A DNA stretch of 32,308 bases from Armatimonadota bacterium (lineage in GTDB: Bacteria > Armatimonadota > UBA5829): positions 1 to 32,308 of the forward strand of contig JBMFPI010000002.1 in the NCBI GenBank assembly GCA_049969195.1, written 5' to 3'. The notes under the pieces were generated by a model, which did no database searches, was not told the DNA's origin, and was given only the letters and a program-made list of their open reading frames with translations. A program made the translations under genes and the position numbers. Below are positions 31,892-32,308 of this stretch, piece after piece; position 1 is the first letter of the stretch, and the number at the start of each line of letters is the position of its first letter.

Positions 31892-32308
31892 ATGAAGCTT
31901 GTGGACAAACAGGTTCTGCGCGAGCTTGTCGGGCCGTTTCTGTTCGGCGTAATGGCGTTCTCGTCCGTCTTCTTCGCGGGCACTTACCTGTTAAAACTCA
32001 CCAACTGGGTAATGAACGGTATGCCGCTCGTGACGGCTGTCTGGATCGTCCTCTTGCTGCTGCCGTCTATCGTGGTGTACACCCTGCCTATGTCGACGCT
32101 TCTGGCTGTCTTGCTCGGGGTGGGTAGGCTCTCGGGCGACAGCGAGATCGTCGCGCTGTACGCGAGCGGGGTAAGCTTCTATCGGGTGGCCGTGCCTATC
32201 GTGGCGCTTGGCGTGATGGTGACCGGATCGTCGATTGCGCTCAACGAGCTGGTGTCTCCACAGGCCTACGCTCGGTCGCAGGAGCTTCAGGCCGCGATAC
32301 TTAAACAG
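31892..32308 (+). CDS. LptF/LptG-family LPS export permease (YjgP/YjgQ), 5' part only
   Basis: Open to the window end, so it is missing from the ORF track. The ATG at 31892 has GAGG upstream. MKLVDKQVLRELVGPFLFGVMAFSSVFF...LGRLSGDSEIVALYASGVS is the conserved LptF/G N-terminal pattern. Confidence 0.9.
   Translation, partial: MKLVDKQVLRELVGPFLFGVMAFSSVFFAGTYLLKLTNWVMNGMPLVTAVWIVLLLLPSIVVYTLPMSTLLAVLLGVGRLSGDSEIVALYASGVSFYRVAVPIVALGVMVTGSSIALNELVSPQAYARSQELQAAILKQ

Overview
Visibly GC-rich chromosomal segment of a diderm bacterium, as shown by an lptC-like/lptA-like/lptB/lptFG block at the right edge. I support 28 protein-coding genes, two of them cut by the window edges and absent from the supplied ORF track. 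All calls rest on remembered family motifs and synteny, because no searches were run. Left to right: a secreted GH-A-type glycosidase-like gene (partial); a xerC-hslV-hslU operon; a STAS-domain gene with a small Cys4 gene; a PHP-family metallohydrolase; a coaX-dus-unknown operon; a CAP-domain secreted protein; a polyprenyl synthase with a PfkB kinase; icd overlapping a NapH-like membrane polyferredoxin, then two tandem exported PHP-family paralogues; an 866-aa secreted protein of unrecognised family coupled to a Gfo/Idh/MocA oxidoreductase; two tandem S41 (C-terminal processing) peptidase genes with a CE4 polysaccharide deacetylase; an 815-aa modular surface protein with a small paralogue of its C-terminal domain; and the Lpt genes. 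I found no rRNA, tRNA, CRISPR array, transposase, toxin-antitoxin or recognisable defence system, so the content is housekeeping plus cell-envelope and secreted functions. The features most worth a second look are listed here. (1) The upstream S41 copy has lost both catalytic-dyad residues and sits 1 nt from an intact paralogue, behind a near-consensus promoter and a terminator-like leader hairpin. (2) There is a NapH-like ferredoxin plus duplicated exported PHP hydrolase cluster. (3) Two very large secreted proteins have no family I can name. (4) lptB has no canonical start codon near its conserved N-terminus. (5) Nearly every longer intergenic region is a mosaic of at least five short repeat families. 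Several sigma70-like promoters (TTGACx-16 to 18 nt-TAnnAT) can be read directly, one implying a leaderless xerC-hslVU transcript. Most long ORFs antisense to these genes, and ORFs running through the repeats, are treated as GC-driven artefacts.
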